Source of the DNA: Eledone cirrhosa
Lineage: Eukaryota
Assembly: GCA_964016885.1 (NCBI GenBank)
Contig: OZ024740.1
Coordinates: 346,704,001 to 346,768,000, forward strand
Reading direction: 5' to 3'
DNA length: 64,000 nucleotides
The notes under the pieces were generated by a model. The model was not told where the DNA came from and did no database searches. It was given only the letters and a program-made list of their open reading frames with translations. The position numbers and the translations under genes were made by a program. Positions 13,677 through 29,309 of this stretch are shown piece after piece; the first letter of the stretch is position 1; the number at the start of each line of letters is the position of its first letter.

Positions 13677-13873
13677 TATAATATAGGTTAGTTTTATAAA
13701 TAAATATTGACATACCATTAAAACATGCTAATATTCTGGTTGAAATCTCCTGGATAGTGGAGTTATTGGAAACAATAAATCTAATAACTCCACTATCCAG
13801 GAGATTTCAACCAGAATGGTTGCATTTTTTAAGGGTATGTCAATATTTATTTCTAAAATTAACCTATATTATA

Positions 13874-13935
13874 TTTTATCTGATGAAAGCGCACCATAGT
13901 TTGCTCTTGTAGCCTTTGAAATATGTATAAGGAAA
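13874..13935 (+). ncRNA. Type I hammerhead ribozyme (weakened stems)
   Basis: ttttat CTGATGA aagcgc...gccttt GAAA tatgta TA aggaaa. Confidence 0.65.
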
Positions 13936-13975
13936 TAAATATGTTTTTATAAATATAGTTTCCATTTGTTAATAT

Positions 13976-13996
<21 letters not shown>

Positions 13997-14020
<24 letters not shown>

Positions 14021-14470
14021 TTGCGAGGTTTTTATATGAAATCTTGTGTCGAAACAAATATTGTTATACTTGGGGAGGTTCATATTTGTGTAATATTGCC
14101 AGAATTAATAACAGAACACACTCACTGTTTAGTTGGCTTTCGCTTTTCGCTTCTGTGTCTTTTATATCGGTAATCTAATTTATTCGGTCCTCAATGGAAA
14201 TACAATGCAACGGGAGGAATCTATAGCACCACTGACGATGTTGCAGATGTGCAACGAAAGAACTTTGATAAACTATATATATATGTTTGTGTCTATATTG
14301 TATCTGTATTATTTTTGACCGTTGGTCAGTCAATGGCATCATTGAGGACCGAATAATTTAGATTACCGATATAAAAGACACAGAAACGAAAAGCGAAAAC
14401 CAACCAAACAGTGAGTGTATTCTGTTATTAATTCTGGCAATATTACACAAATATGACCCTCCCCAAGTAT

Positions 14471-14478
<8 letters not shown>
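13997..14478 (+). mobile_element. Non-autonomous fold-back derivative of the PLE at 57950-60293
   Basis: Arms ~14059-14196 and ~14340-14478 are inverted. The centre holds CTGACGA t gttgca-gatg-tgcaac GAAA (14232-14259). The sequence matches 60040-60293. Confidence 0.85.
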
Positions 14479-14506
<28 letters not shown>

Positions 14507-15479
14507 TCATACACGTTTATTTGTTGTATGTAAATATTTTATGAATTGCCATTGGGACTGTGTAGTGGTTATGCCTTTTTTAGTCCAACACGGATGAGTT
14601 GCGAGCAAGGAGGGTGTCGTTTCTTTTTAACTTTCCTGGTAAGTCTTGTAGTATGCTATCTTTGCTTGCTCCTACGTATGTTTATGTGTGTGAATGTGTT
14701 AAAAAAAAATCATACACATGTTTTTATGTTGTATCTTCTATGAAAATCAACATATGTTATATTGTTTTATTTACAAACAATAATAGTTCTTTTAAAAGTA
14801 TCATAATAACACACGTTTTCTTGTCTACGATATTTATCTCATTAAGGTGTGCAAATAAAAATGATGCTTCTAAAGTAATAAAAATAAGTAATATGGTCAA
14901 TATTATAGATCGTATGTTTTTAACAATCATTTAAACAACGAAAACATATGTTGCCATTGTGTAACAATATCGATTGTTCTTAAATCCTATATTCATATAC
15001 TTTTAACCTACGACTGCTTCTGCTGCTACTACCACAGGCACTACTACTACTACAAGTAATTGTTACTACATTTGGCACATGGCCAGTAATTTGTAGAAAA
15101 GGGAAAGTTGATAAAATCTAGCGCAGTGCATTACTGGTGCTTTTTTATAGGCCCCATACGGATTAAAGGCAAAGCTAACATCGGTGGGATTTTTAATCAG
15201 AACGTAAAGGGCCATAATTACATGTTGTAAAACAAAGAAGTTGCCCCATGCTCTACCGGTACTGCCAATCAACCAGCCTTGATAATAATAAGTCTTTCTA
15301 TCTTAGCCGCGTGTTCTGAAACATAAAGGACTATACAAAATAAAGGAGACAGCGGGTATTTACATATGAATGTGTAAAAAGAAGGTAAACATGTGAAAAT
15401 TAACAATAAATAAATAACAACAGAATTTTCAATTAGTCAGGTGTATCGTCCAATTATGTTTTCGGAAAGCGACAAATCA

Positions 15480-16900
15480 GTGAAAAATAGCTTAATCGGC
15501 AAAAGCATATGATCTACAAGCATCATTTCCGTACATGTAGAGTTTTCTCAAACGAGCAGTACCCCCCGTTAGCCTTGACAGGTCAGTGTTTTCTGGAAAT
15601 TATCCATAAGCCTCGGACCGAATGTCCTCCGGAACAGACTGGCTAGTTAATTTCGTCGATGCCTAGAGTTTCCCTGAGAACGTCATTGCACTTACCCCTG
15701 AGATTGAATTTCCGCGGGCCGCTTGCCCAGCCCTTCCTGTAAAGTGCGTTGACATCATATGAACCGCGTCATCAGTGGAATATGTTTCCACAAGATCTAA
15801 TGAAGCGCGAAGAGGGAAAATGCATGATTGTCAGGTGGTAATAGATGATGGAAGTGATATATGCATTCAGCAAATCCGCCGACATTTCGGGGATATTTTC
15901 CCCTTGGCTGATTTCTTGGTGGAATTCAGCATTCTATGCGGTACCATATCAGTTTCTATTCGCCTAAATATCCTGATCAAGCGAGAACCTGAGCAAATTT
16001 ATGGCGTCCACGTCCAGCGTTCTATGACTCTATTGAACTGCATGGATTTGCCTCTTCATGTGCCGAGTGGCAAATTCCCTGACATATCTGCTTTGATTGT
16101 TGCTATCATCAACGTTTCATATTTCTTCAAACATTTCCGCCCACCTCGATTTCCGAAATGTCTGACACATAACAGTAACGCCGCATGCATATACTGACAC
16201 AGCTCGTCCTACTTGGAGTGGGATGCACTGCAACAACTCAATCTTCCGCAGTAATGGCTCGATAGTCAATACTTAAGAGAGAGAACATCATTGCCTGACC
16301 AAGCCTATGATCTGAAATGGATTCGATGAGTGACAATTTACTCTTACCACCAAAGAAATACCTCTGTGCATTGCAGTGATCCTGCCTCTGAAATCGTTAC
16401 CGAAACCAGCTGTCTAGTAGAAAGCCTTTAGATATTGAATTTCGACCATATCGAAGCTCTCGATCGATCTACATTAATTGGAGCCCCACCGAATCCATGG
16501 TTCACTAATCAGGATTTCTCTGTGATGTATTACATGAAATAGAAGGTTTCGTCTATAGATCTGGTCCTTATTGAGCGTCGCCTACAAAACTTTTGACAAG
16601 CGTCAACCGTGTTGCTAAAATGTTGGCCAAAATGTTAAACTCTGTATTGAGCTTAGATATAGGCCAAACATTACCAATAACCTTCCCGTTGTTGTCATCA
16701 GCCTTATTACTCACCGATCTAGAGAGGTGGGATTTCTGCCGTTCTGCTGGCAATTTCAACAGACTACTTCGATGATTTCACGGAGCAAGTCTGTCACGCC
16801 TACGTCAAATTGTACAGTCGCTAAGGCTGTAATCGGTCTTTCGCATGCCGTCAATAAAGGAACTACAGTCAATCGCCAGCTCCGATTAACCACCTGCTCC
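15480..16900 (-). mobile_element. Decayed Tx1/L1-like LINE ORF2
   Basis: Motifs IGNVWPISKLNTEFNILANILATRL and TAGFGNDFRGRI. The segment ASLFRRTFGPRLMDNFQK is homologous to the 63064-63993 ORF. Confidence 0.75.
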
Positions 16901-16989
16901 GAATGGTTATGCAAAATTCATGAAAATGAAGGATTTGGAAAAACAGTATGTAGTACGGAATAGCATAATACGAATGCAGAATAGATAAA

Positions 16990-17990
16990 GTATGTGGAAG
17001 AACCTTACAATTAATTAGAAAAGCAGATGCGGCAAGACATAACTAGACACTGAAGGAAGCCATCAAACTGAAATCTCCTGGCATTGAAGAGCCAAACTTA
17101 AGGTTAACTTTTCTAAATCATATTAATGAAGTGTTAGTAAAATTTTATAACGAAATTATGCATAACTCTGAGAGAACTCCTGATTGGTTTGCACAAGGCA
17201 TAACATATTTCTTGCCCATATCGTCAGAAAGAAAAGAAATGATCGCCCCATGAATTGCCTTGCCAGATCACACAACATGCTCACATCAGTCTTGACTGAG
17301 ACAACTTTCAAAGTTATGGATGAAGATATTGTTTTCTTTATTGAGAAAAAATGTTGTCACTTGGACTGATAAAAAAAGGGAACTGAATAATATTTGGAGC
17401 AGATATCATTTTTAAATAGGTTCCAAAGACATTTACTGATGTTTGTGCTTTCATGGCAACATATGTATGACAATCGAATTTGTGCATTGCCAAATTTTCC
17501 TTCAGGTCTCAAATTGTACTTGGCAAGATGTGGGAAAGAAATAGAATTCAAAGGAAGCTTCAAATAACAACAACAACAACGGCAACAAAAATAATAATAA
17601 GAATAATGATTTCTACTATAGGCACAACGCCAGCAATATTAGGGGATGGGAAAGTCAATTAAATCGACCGCAGTGCTTTACTGGTGCTGTATTTAATCGA
17701 TCATGTAAGGACAAAAGGCAGAGCTAAATTTGAATTCAGAATTTGAAATCAGAACTTTATGCCGCAAAGCATGTTGTCTGACAATCAACCGATTTTGCCA
17801 ATCCAAATACTAATGGATCTTAGAGTAGAAATTTTACATAAAATCTGTTTGCTTCGAAAGGCTAGGATAATACGAAAGATACGGAGGGAAAAAAATTCAT
17901 GATACGTAAGACCGCTGAATATCATCCACTAACTAGACTAAACCAGGCATTAATCCTCATAGTGGACATGATAATAATAATAAATAGAAA
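16990..17990 (+). mobile_element. Decayed R4/Dong-like non-LTR fragments (with a minus-strand SINE at ~17610-17800)
   Basis: KSPGI, TPDWFAQGITYFLP and RPMNCL, then C-terminal LHKICLLRKARIIRK followed by (ATA)n. Confidence 0.55.
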
Positions 17991-18378
17991 AATATAATAA
18001 CAAATATTTCAATAAAGAAATAGGCTACAAAAAAGCCACCCACTATGATAGAAATTTGGAAATAACACATTGAGGATGTTGAGAGGATTTAACGGCATGA
18101 AATTCCTTTGGCTTGCCCAACTTTCATCATCAAACTGTTTGATAGAAAAACTCTATGACAACATCATGATTTTCTCTTTAAATATGCCATTCCTTATCAC
18201 AAAAAAAAAGATTCCTCTTTCCCAAATATGAAGAAACCGAATTACAAACCAATAACCTCCCTTCCCATCACATATAAATTAGTAACGTATAACATCGTAC
18301 TCATTTCTACAAGAAAATAATATATTACAAGTAAACCAAAAGAAGTGTGAATGGGGATCACATATTTGTAAGTATTAA

Positions 18379-19349
18379 TCTATACATATTATAAAAGAGA
18401 GATGTTTGTTGGCTGGTTCCTTCCAGCATCACTCAAAAACGAAAACTGACAAACGAAAAGTAGGTACAGCAAAGAAATAAGGGTATACTCAGGAGGGTTT
18501 ATTGATACTAATTTTAAAACATAAAAAAAAATAACATCCCGGGTATGCTACCCAACCTGACTGCTATTTCTACCAGTTGTGGAACAAACCATAAGGGATT
18601 CTCTCTGCGTGTACGTTGTTAGAATTGATCATGTTTCGTGTCCAGCGTCTTCGATTCGAACGCAGGATTACACACACACACGCTCACACACACATTCGTA
18701 CACATACACACAGACAAGCCCTCACACACACACTCACAAACACCTACACTAACACATTTATATATAATTATCTATATCTATATCTACATATTATATAAAT
18801 AATTGGAACTTCGTTCATCCTATTGAGTAACCGGGAGCAGCCACGTCTGTGCAATGACACACGCGTTACAGTCAGGCGGAAGATGAACCATCTCCTAGAG
18901 TTCTCTGTTCTTGGAGGCAATGATCCAGGAGAAAGTGCATTTATTTCCCACATTCCTCTTATCCTTCTTCTCCGAGCTGTCTTTCAAATTCTCAAGACTT
19001 CAGTTCCCTGATAGAGACCATATATAAAGCTCAGGCTCTGAGTTTCAAAGTTGTAGGATTAAAAACTTGAGAATCCTTTTTACTCATGGAAACTTATATG
19101 TAATTTCACGAGTGGAAACACCTCTTCACGGGTGGAAATACCTAGAAATCTTCATATGCTATACACGAACGGGAATTAGAAGAATTTCGTTAATGTGTAA
19201 GATTTGTTAGTCTTTTCTTTTGTCACAAACACTCACCACGGTCTCGGCTCATAATTTAAACCAGACGAAAATCAAATACAATCATTTTCTCTTCTACCCA
19301 TCTTCTCTTATCATTTGTTTACACGCGCGAAGCTGGGTACACTAGCTAG
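18379..19349 (+). mobile_element. Non-autonomous Helitron
   Basis: 5' end A|TCTATACATATTATAAAA. 3' end gcgcgaagctgggtacactagCTAG|T. No TSD. Confidence 0.75.
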
Positions 19350-20705
19350 TCTACAATATACAACACTCTCTCGCTACCCCCCCCCCCCCCCAATCTATCC
19401 TTTAACACCAATCTCTCCCGCGCTCTCTATCTATCTACACATATCTCTCCCAGTCCACCTCTCTATATCTATTACCACCAAATACTCTTTCTCTCTATAA
19501 AGCTACCACACGGCACTCTCTCATTATTCCCCACTCTATATCTAACACTCTAACACCACTAAACATTCCCCCTCTGTTTATCTACAATAAACCTATCTCT
19601 CTGAAAACCTCTCACTATATCTACTACCACCAACCTCTCCCACTCTCTATATCTACTACACGGCACTCTGTCATTATCTCACTCTCTATATCCATAACCA
19701 CTAAACTCTCGCCCTCTCTATATCTACCGTACAATACTCTCTCCCAAAAACACTCTTTATATCTACTGCCTTCAAATACTACCCCTCTCTATATCAACCA
19801 CACAGCACTCGCACATTCCCCCGCTATATATCTAACACCAATAATCTCTCATCATCTCTATATCTATTACGACACTATCTCTTCCAGCACTACTCTCTAT
19901 ACCCATTAGCTCTAAATCATCCCTAGCTATATCTATTAATGCTCCTATCTCTCCCAACACCCCTTTCTATATCTACGGCTAGCAATCTATCCCCTTCTTT
20001 CTATCTACCGTAGAGCACTCTCTCATTATATTCCTCTCTTTATCCATAACCACTAATCCCGCCACCTCTCTATATCTACCATACACATAACTCTCCCAAC
20101 ACCACTCTCTATGTCTACAATACACCTGTTTCTCCCAACACTCCTCTCTATATCTACTACCACCACCTCCCCGCTCTCTCTATTTAACATACTGCAGTAT
20201 TTCCCAACACTCCTCTATATATCTACTACTACCAATTCCTCCCCGTCTCGATATCTATAACACGGCACTCTCTCATTTTCTCACTCTCTATATCCATAAT
20301 GATCAAACACTCCCCCCTCTCTATATCCACCGAACAACACCCCTCTTTATATCTACTACATTCAAACTCCCTCCCTCTCTATATCTAGCACACCGCATTC
20401 TCATTATCTCACTCCCTATATCCATAACCACTAAAATCTCTTCAAACAACCCTCTCTATCTCTACTACCAACAACTTCTCACCCTCTATTTAAATTCTCC
20501 CACTCTCTATATGTACGTCCTTCACGATTGGAAACAACGAGAAATCTTCATATACCATGCATGAACGGTAAAGCGAAGCATCTGGTGTATCTGGAATATA
20601 TTTTACTGTTTTTGTAAACCAGTAAAACATCCAATACAATCATTTTCTCTGCTACCTGCTTTTCACTTATATGTTTACCTGGGCGAAGCTGGCTACGACA
20701 GATAG
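19350..20705 (+). mobile_element. Second non-autonomous Helitron in tandem, filled with a CT-rich minisatellite
   Basis: Starts TCTAC immediately after the CTAG of the first element. The ctctctatatcta-core repeats run ~19380-20515. The 3' end tttacctgggcgaagctggctacgacagATAG|T is shared with the other two copies. Confidence 0.65.
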
Positions 20706-21805
20706 TTATTAATGAACGAAATGATACGTGATAACTTCTCTTCACAGAAAAGTACTCTTAGCGCAGCCTGGAGAGACTATCAAAATGCATTTGACAGTAT
20801 CCCACATTCCCAAATTCATCACTCTCTTAGAATTTACAAAATATACCCTATAGCTATTAACCTTTGAAACAAAATATGAGTCCATGGAAACCAACACATT
20901 CTTCAAACACCAAACAAATTCACAAGAAATGTTGATACGTAGAGGTATGTTCCAAGGAATCTAACTGGCTCATCTCCTCTTTTCTATGCCACTAGTCCAG
21001 CTTTCTCATGAACTAAGGAATACTACCTTTGGCTACAAATTTAAAGTAAGCCGTTTCAGGTATCTCTTCTGTGTTGATGATTTTAAGCTCTACGACAAAT
21101 ATGATAACCTATTTGAGTGTCTGCTTAAAAGAGGAAAATATTTTAGTGATTACATATGTAGGGATGTTGGTCTTGAACAGTTTGCAAAACAGTCATTGAA
21201 GAAATGCAATTAGGTTAACGATATGGAAAGAAAAGACATTTCAAAAAGCATCTGTTTATTGATGACCTGAAAATGTTTGGGATGTCCGTTAACCAAATAT
21301 AGTATATGGTTAAAACAATCCAGATATGTAGCAGTGATAACGGTATGGAATTTAGGATTCCCAATTACTCCGTGCTCAATATGAAAACAGGCAACACGGA
21401 AACATGTATTGGATAATGGTCGAGCATTAGTTTGTATGCATATATCTAATGGGGATTTATCATTTAGTCAATATGTTTACTTCGAACACAGAAAACAACA
21501 TAAGTTGCCTTATCGTGAAAAATATAATCTGCTACTCTCTACTATTCTTAATTTACTATTACAAATCTTTTGAGGCAGCTTTAATTCCCAAAATATATTT
21601 AGCCAGTCTTAACATTTATCGGTAAACGATGGTATGATCGTAGAAGGCATTTCTTCCCCTTGCAATGCTTCCTTTAGATTGTCAGGAATTTTGTGAATGA
21701 GGAATCGTGAGTTTAAATAGGATATACAACTAAGAGGACTAACAAATAGGAAATTTGGATTCGGAAACGTATATCTTCGAGTTGGGACACATGCAATCTC
21801 AGTAT

Positions 21806-23328
<1,523 letters not shown>

Positions 23329-23333
<5 letters not shown>

Positions 23334-24395
23334 TAAATCATGTCCTTAGAATCACTAGATAAAATATATTCCATTTCTTCTCCCAATTAGCATAATTAAC
23401 CATATAAAAAAATCAATTAGAGAAAGCTATAAGAATAAAGGCTCCTATTAAGAAATTTTCGACAAGTAACCAACAGCACCCTCTTCGCGGTGGCCCCGAT
23501 AGAATATTTATCCAACATTTCAACAGCATGTGGAAACTGACTAAATATACCGTCAACCATACACAATTAGGTGTAAATTCAAACTTAGAAGAAATGTGTA
23601 CATACCGTAATTATATCTCTACCATGGTTTCGTCCGTATTTTTAGACATCCAATAACAGGATATGTCCAGAGTTTCGGACTCATCAGGAGCGAACTCTAA
23701 ATTAGACATTTAATTTTCGAAAGTGATCGCGCCAAAAATAGATTAAAAAATGGCTAAGAATCGTGACGTGACAGTGGTCAAGTTAGAAAGAATGTGATTA
23801 ATTGCTTACGGCGGGTAGGTTGTTGCTAGAAAGCGCAGCCCAATATCGCCCAATTGTATCTCAAACTAACGGGAGATTATTAAATATAAAGGTTTACATA
23901 TACATAAAGTCATAGATATATATGTTTTGCAACCGCTCACGTTGTGGCTCAATGTAGAATTAATAAATTAAATAATCAGAACAATATATCATAAATCACA
24001 TCCTTAAAATCACTAGATAAAATATATACCATTTCTTCTCCCAATTAGCATAATTAACCATATTGTGCATGGTTGACGGTATATTTAGTCAGTTTCCACA
24101 TGCTATTGAAATGTTGGATAAATACTCTATCGGGGCCACCGCGAAGAGGCCGCTTTCGGTTATTTGTCGAAAATTTCTTCATAGGAGCCTTTATTCTTAT
24201 AGCTTGGTCTAATTGATTTTTTTATATGTTTAATTATGCTAATTGGGAGAAGAAATGGAATATATTTTATCTAGTGATTCTAAGGACATGATTTATGATA
24301 TATTGCTCTGATTATTTAATTTATTAATTCTTCATTGAGCCACAACGTGGCCGGTTGCAAAACATATATATCTATGACTTTATGTATATGTAAAC

Positions 24396-24398
<3 letters not shown>
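23329..24398 (-). mobile_element. Retrozyme/pLTR-like element: ~660-bp unit, partial direct repeat and inverted arm
   Basis: 23329-23404 is repeated at 23988-24062. 24063-24302 is the reverse complement of 23329-23567 and continues as the reverse complement of 23890-23988. A relative lies at ~12895-13155. Confidence 0.85.
23617..23690 (-). ncRNA. Type I hammerhead ribozyme with extended stem II
   Basis: ctc CTGATGA GTCC gaaactctggacatatcctgttattggatgtctaaaaatac GGAC GAAA ccatgg TA gag. Confidence 0.9.
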
Positions 24399-24444
<46 letters not shown>

Positions 24445-24479
24445 TTATAAGAATCAAAGAACTGTTCAAAACATGTTTA

Positions 24480-24526
24480 TGCTTACAACTGTTTCCTCCA
24501 AACCGAGGTTTGGTTTCTTCGGAGCA
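24480..24526 (-). ncRNA. Hammerhead-like motif, CCGAAGA core
   Basis: tgct CCGAAGA aaccaaac-ctcg-gtttggag GAAA cagttg TA agca. Related to the 51.3-52 kb element. Confidence 0.65.
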
Positions 24527-25403
24527 ATTTATTATTGAATGAACACTTATATGACCTCCTTTTCACCCAAGAGACATACAGATACATATGCAAATATTGT
24601 GGGTCAGCATTCATTACAGCATTTAGAGTGGCAGTACACACTTAGAGATTACATTCATATTAAAAGAAACAATCAAAAATACAGGTTAAAATACAACATG
24701 AAAATAAGCGGTTATATAGTGCAAAGGTTATATGTGTGGCAAGCACGTGCGTCTTGTTTATATAGTGTGGCAGAGATTTACGTGTAGTAGAAGCACTTAA
24801 GCAGGTAAACAAGAGTGTTAGGTTGGTTGATCTGGTGACAAATTCTTTATATGATTGTTATAGTCTGTGTGTGGAGAAATAATATAAGCATTAAAAATAG
24901 TGTAAGCATTAAAAATATTAAAAATATTAAAATTGTTATAATTCATATAACTGCTCTGTAAATCATCTGATGTTTTTACATTGAGTTATTTCACTTACTG
25001 GTAATAAGGTAGTAATATATTACTGCCTACCACTATTTAGGGTTTGTATAAAAATATATATAACTGCAAAAGGTTTTTGTATTTACATAACCATAAATAG
25101 TATAATTAATACTATATATATATATATATATATATTTATTGCCACTATAGATAGATAAATAAACACGGGTGTGTATGATTGTGTATAGAAGATTATATTA
25201 ATAAAAGGAATTCCAACTTTGTCTGATTTACTCGTTTTATTTACAATCCTTTAAAATTTATAATGGCATTAGAATGAAATAGTATGGAACAATATTAAAT
25301 GTTATGTGTTAATTGAACAAGTACTTTCATGCTTTCGCAATCTTCAGGTTCATAATGTGTGGTGACAGTCAAGTTTGCAATTTTCAACTGTTGAAAATTG
25401 CAT

Positions 25404-25696
<293 letters not shown>

Positions 25697-25726
25697 ATAT
25701 ATATGTATACATATTTATATATATAT

Positions 25727-26467
25727 ATACAAATATAAGTTAGCGAGAATCGTATTTCGGCTTTGGAATTAGCGAAAAACAACTTCCGAGATGTGTGGCA
25801 AGCGCTCAATAATTTTGACGAACCAGAGCTACAACATACGTTAAAGGCCAAACACACTGAGAGGATGGTTAAACCGTCATCCGCATAGCCATAGAAACGA
25901 CCAAGTAATTCGGGTCAAACAAATAAAAAATAAATGTGATTGAAAAATTTACCCGGACCCCTGGATGGTTGGTAAAATCCAGCATTTGGGTTTCTGCGAC
26001 TCCTAAATCAAGTACTGTCCGCTTAGACAAATAATGTTATGCTTCTGGTAAGATGATTGAACAAGGAAGTCACTTTCTCAACAGGTTTTAGTTCAAGTGC
26101 CAGGCAAAGGAATGACCGTTACCGATACCCACGTGGGGCTCGATAAGGGAGGCAACCCTTATTTTGGGTGGATGAAATTCAGTATGTGTATATTATTGCA
26201 AAAATGCAAAATATCACAAAACGAATTAAGCTCTCAACAGGAACTTTGTAAGTTAACAAAAGCTATTCATCAGTCAATAGAATCAACTAAAAAAATCAAG
26301 AAAATTAACTGGTGAATAGCTAGACTCTGGAGATTAATACAAATATAAATTAGCGAGAATCGTATTTCGGCTTTGGAATTAGCGAAAAACAACTTCCGAG
26401 ATGTGTGGCAAGCGCTCAATAATTCTGACGAACCAGAGATACAACATACGTTAAAGGCCAAACACAC
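25727..26467. repeat. 740-bp non-coding element with 131-bp terminal direct repeats
   Basis: 25727-25857 matches 26337-26467 (period 610). Microsatellite flanks both sides. Confidence 0.85.
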
Positions 26468-26470
26468 ACA

Positions 26471-26657
<187 letters not shown>

Positions 26658-26679
26658 TATATACATATATATTTATACA

Positions 26680-26738
<59 letters not shown>

Positions 26739-27003
26739 CAGATATAGATATAGATATATATGTGTGTCTGTGTGTATACGAAGAAGTTTCACGTTGAGGT
26801 TTTATTTTCTTCATTAGACGCAGTTAGGAATATTTCACAGATGTGTGGCTCAAAATCTTTATTTTTTTGTTATAGAACCGACTTAAACCGAAATATGGTC
26901 ATCAGAATTTTTAATCCATAAAATGCTCAACATGAAACGCCGTTTTGTTCTTGTCAGTGCTAATAGTCGTACATTACTCAGTAAACTATAACAATACTGA
27001 ATC

Positions 27004-27045
<42 letters not shown>

Positions 27046-27382
27046 GTGTGAAATCCTTGTCTCGCTCACATTTCACCTAGGTTGGATGGTCTTTATCTCT
27101 CGTATACGATTTCACAGAACATAAGTTCATCGATTTCAGGGACTTGACTCCTTCTTCCTCACTTTTCGTTGCATGACCATCTTTGTTTGTTTACATGTCT
27201 CGCTCGTTTCACCCTATTTTACGTGCCAAACGACTTTCTTTAGCCATTGCACGCACCAACCAAAGGTATATGATCTTTAAAGCAATGAAATACCAATAGA
27301 GGCTGGAAGATCACTGATGAAGGACTAATTTTATTCATATGTTACTCATTTGCAACCACGATGCACGCCATTTTTTCATATA

Positions 27383-27450
<68 letters not shown>

Positions 27451-27506
27451 CTAATATATACCTTCCATATACTGTACCGATTGTGTTGTTATTTCTGTTT
27501 ACCTTT

Positions 27507-27587
<81 letters not shown>

Positions 27588-27706
27588 CAGTTTATACCGG
27601 GTTCAATTGTGGGCAACCACAGTAATTAAGGTACTGAATATCTAGGCGTGTATAGGAAGCCCTGATTATTTCTCCCGAAAGAAATAGTTCTAGTCCTATA
27701 GAAATC

Positions 27707-27784
<78 letters not shown>

Positions 27785-27790
27785 TATATA

Positions 27791-28165
27791 TAGTAAAAGA
27801 TTGAAGAATAACATGGTCGGCTGATCAAATCCCCAGAATACGTATTCGGAGGATTTCATCAGAGGTAAACACTATATTTAAGGTCGAGGGACGCAACTTC
27901 GAGTGATTAGCGACCTTTAGACTCACCTGATAAATGAAACAATTGTTAATACTTGAAATAAAGCCCCTTGTTGTACAGCCGACCATGTTATTGTTCAATC
28001 TTTCACTATTATTACTCCAAGTATAACCTGCATAGGAATTCTCGCGATCTCGCTACCTAACATGGAAACATCGCTATGGAAACATCTTGTTGTGTCAAAC
28101 AAAGCCGTACGTTAAAATTATCCACAATACAAAGTACTCACAACCTCTAAATGTATACGTATAAC
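27791..28165. repeat. Partially fold-back dispersed repeat
   Basis: 27791-27823 is inverted at 27977-28008. A relative at 39192-39780 is interrupted by SINEs. Confidence 0.7.
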
Positions 28166-28179
28166 GATAACTTATTATC

Positions 28180-28326
<147 letters not shown>

Positions 28327-28572
28327 TTTATACGTGAGTGAAAGAAGAGAGTTAGCTCATTTTCGTCACATATTTGACTGCTGAACGGAAGAAATTGGCA
28401 ACAGCACATGTGGGGTTCGACCCCAACATGTGTTGAAGCCCATTTGTTTACGTTAAGTAATTTATGCACCATTTTTAGACTATTTCCTGTAGTAATACAT
28501 AGGGTGAAAGCTTCTATTTAAATTATAACACACTGCTCACCGTCTTCTAAACACACACGACTTGTTTATACA

Positions 28573-28659
<87 letters not shown>

Positions 28660-28760
28660 GTGTGTGTGTGTGTATATGTTTGCACATGTGTACGCGTTTA
28701 CCGTAAACATGAAAACAAAAACACACACCTACATACATATATAAAAAGATATATGCATCT

Positions 28761-28879
<119 letters not shown>

Positions 28880-29229
28880 CCCTGTATTTCTATTGTTCTC
28901 ATCCGCCCGACTTCACACCATACAAATAGACTACAGATTTCATATATTGTTTCTTTGTTGGTGGTGCTTCCATATGAGTTAAAGAAATAAAGAATTGGCC
29001 AAGCGATAATCATTTGGGAGATTGGAAAGTTCATACTTGAAATAGAGCGGACAATTCATAAAAGAATTTCGTTGAATACTATGAACGTAGACGCCTCTAG
29101 CCAAGAAAACTTAAAGCTGCCTATAGTGGCTTCGACTCACTGACTACACTCACACGGATACAAACACTACCATACGTGCCCACGCACACTTGGAAACAAC
29201 ATAATGCTTTCTTGCATATATATGTATGC

Positions 29230-29292
<63 letters not shown>

Positions 29293-29309
29293 TATATATA
29301 TATATATAT

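Larger units (their letters stand above)
13580..13970. mobile_element. Fold-back element with hammerheads in both arms
   Basis: Arms 13580-13767 and 13783-13970 are inverted. The ribozymes are at 13615-13676 (-) and 13874-13935 (+). Confidence 0.85.
18200..21420 (+). pseudogene. R4/Dong-like RT interrupted by tandem Helitrons
   Basis: PNYKPITSLPITYKLVT..NQKKCEWGSHICK stops at 18378. It resumes at 20706 with LLMNEMI..AWRDYQNAFDSIPH..RGMFQG..YLFCVDDFKLY. Confidence 0.75.

Noticed and set aside
15775-16197. 140-aa plus-strand ORF
   Set aside because: It lies antisense within the decayed Tx1-like LINE and has no recognisable motif.
19380-20515. Possible CRISPR-like repeat-spacer array
   Set aside because: It is a degenerate minisatellite with no constant repeat or unique spacers, in eukaryotic context with no cas genes.
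27824-27885. Hammerhead on the minus strand (CTGATGA aatcc...ggatt)
   Set aside because: The GAAA/stem III half is absent, cut by the inversion. It is incomplete, as is the motif at ~44690.
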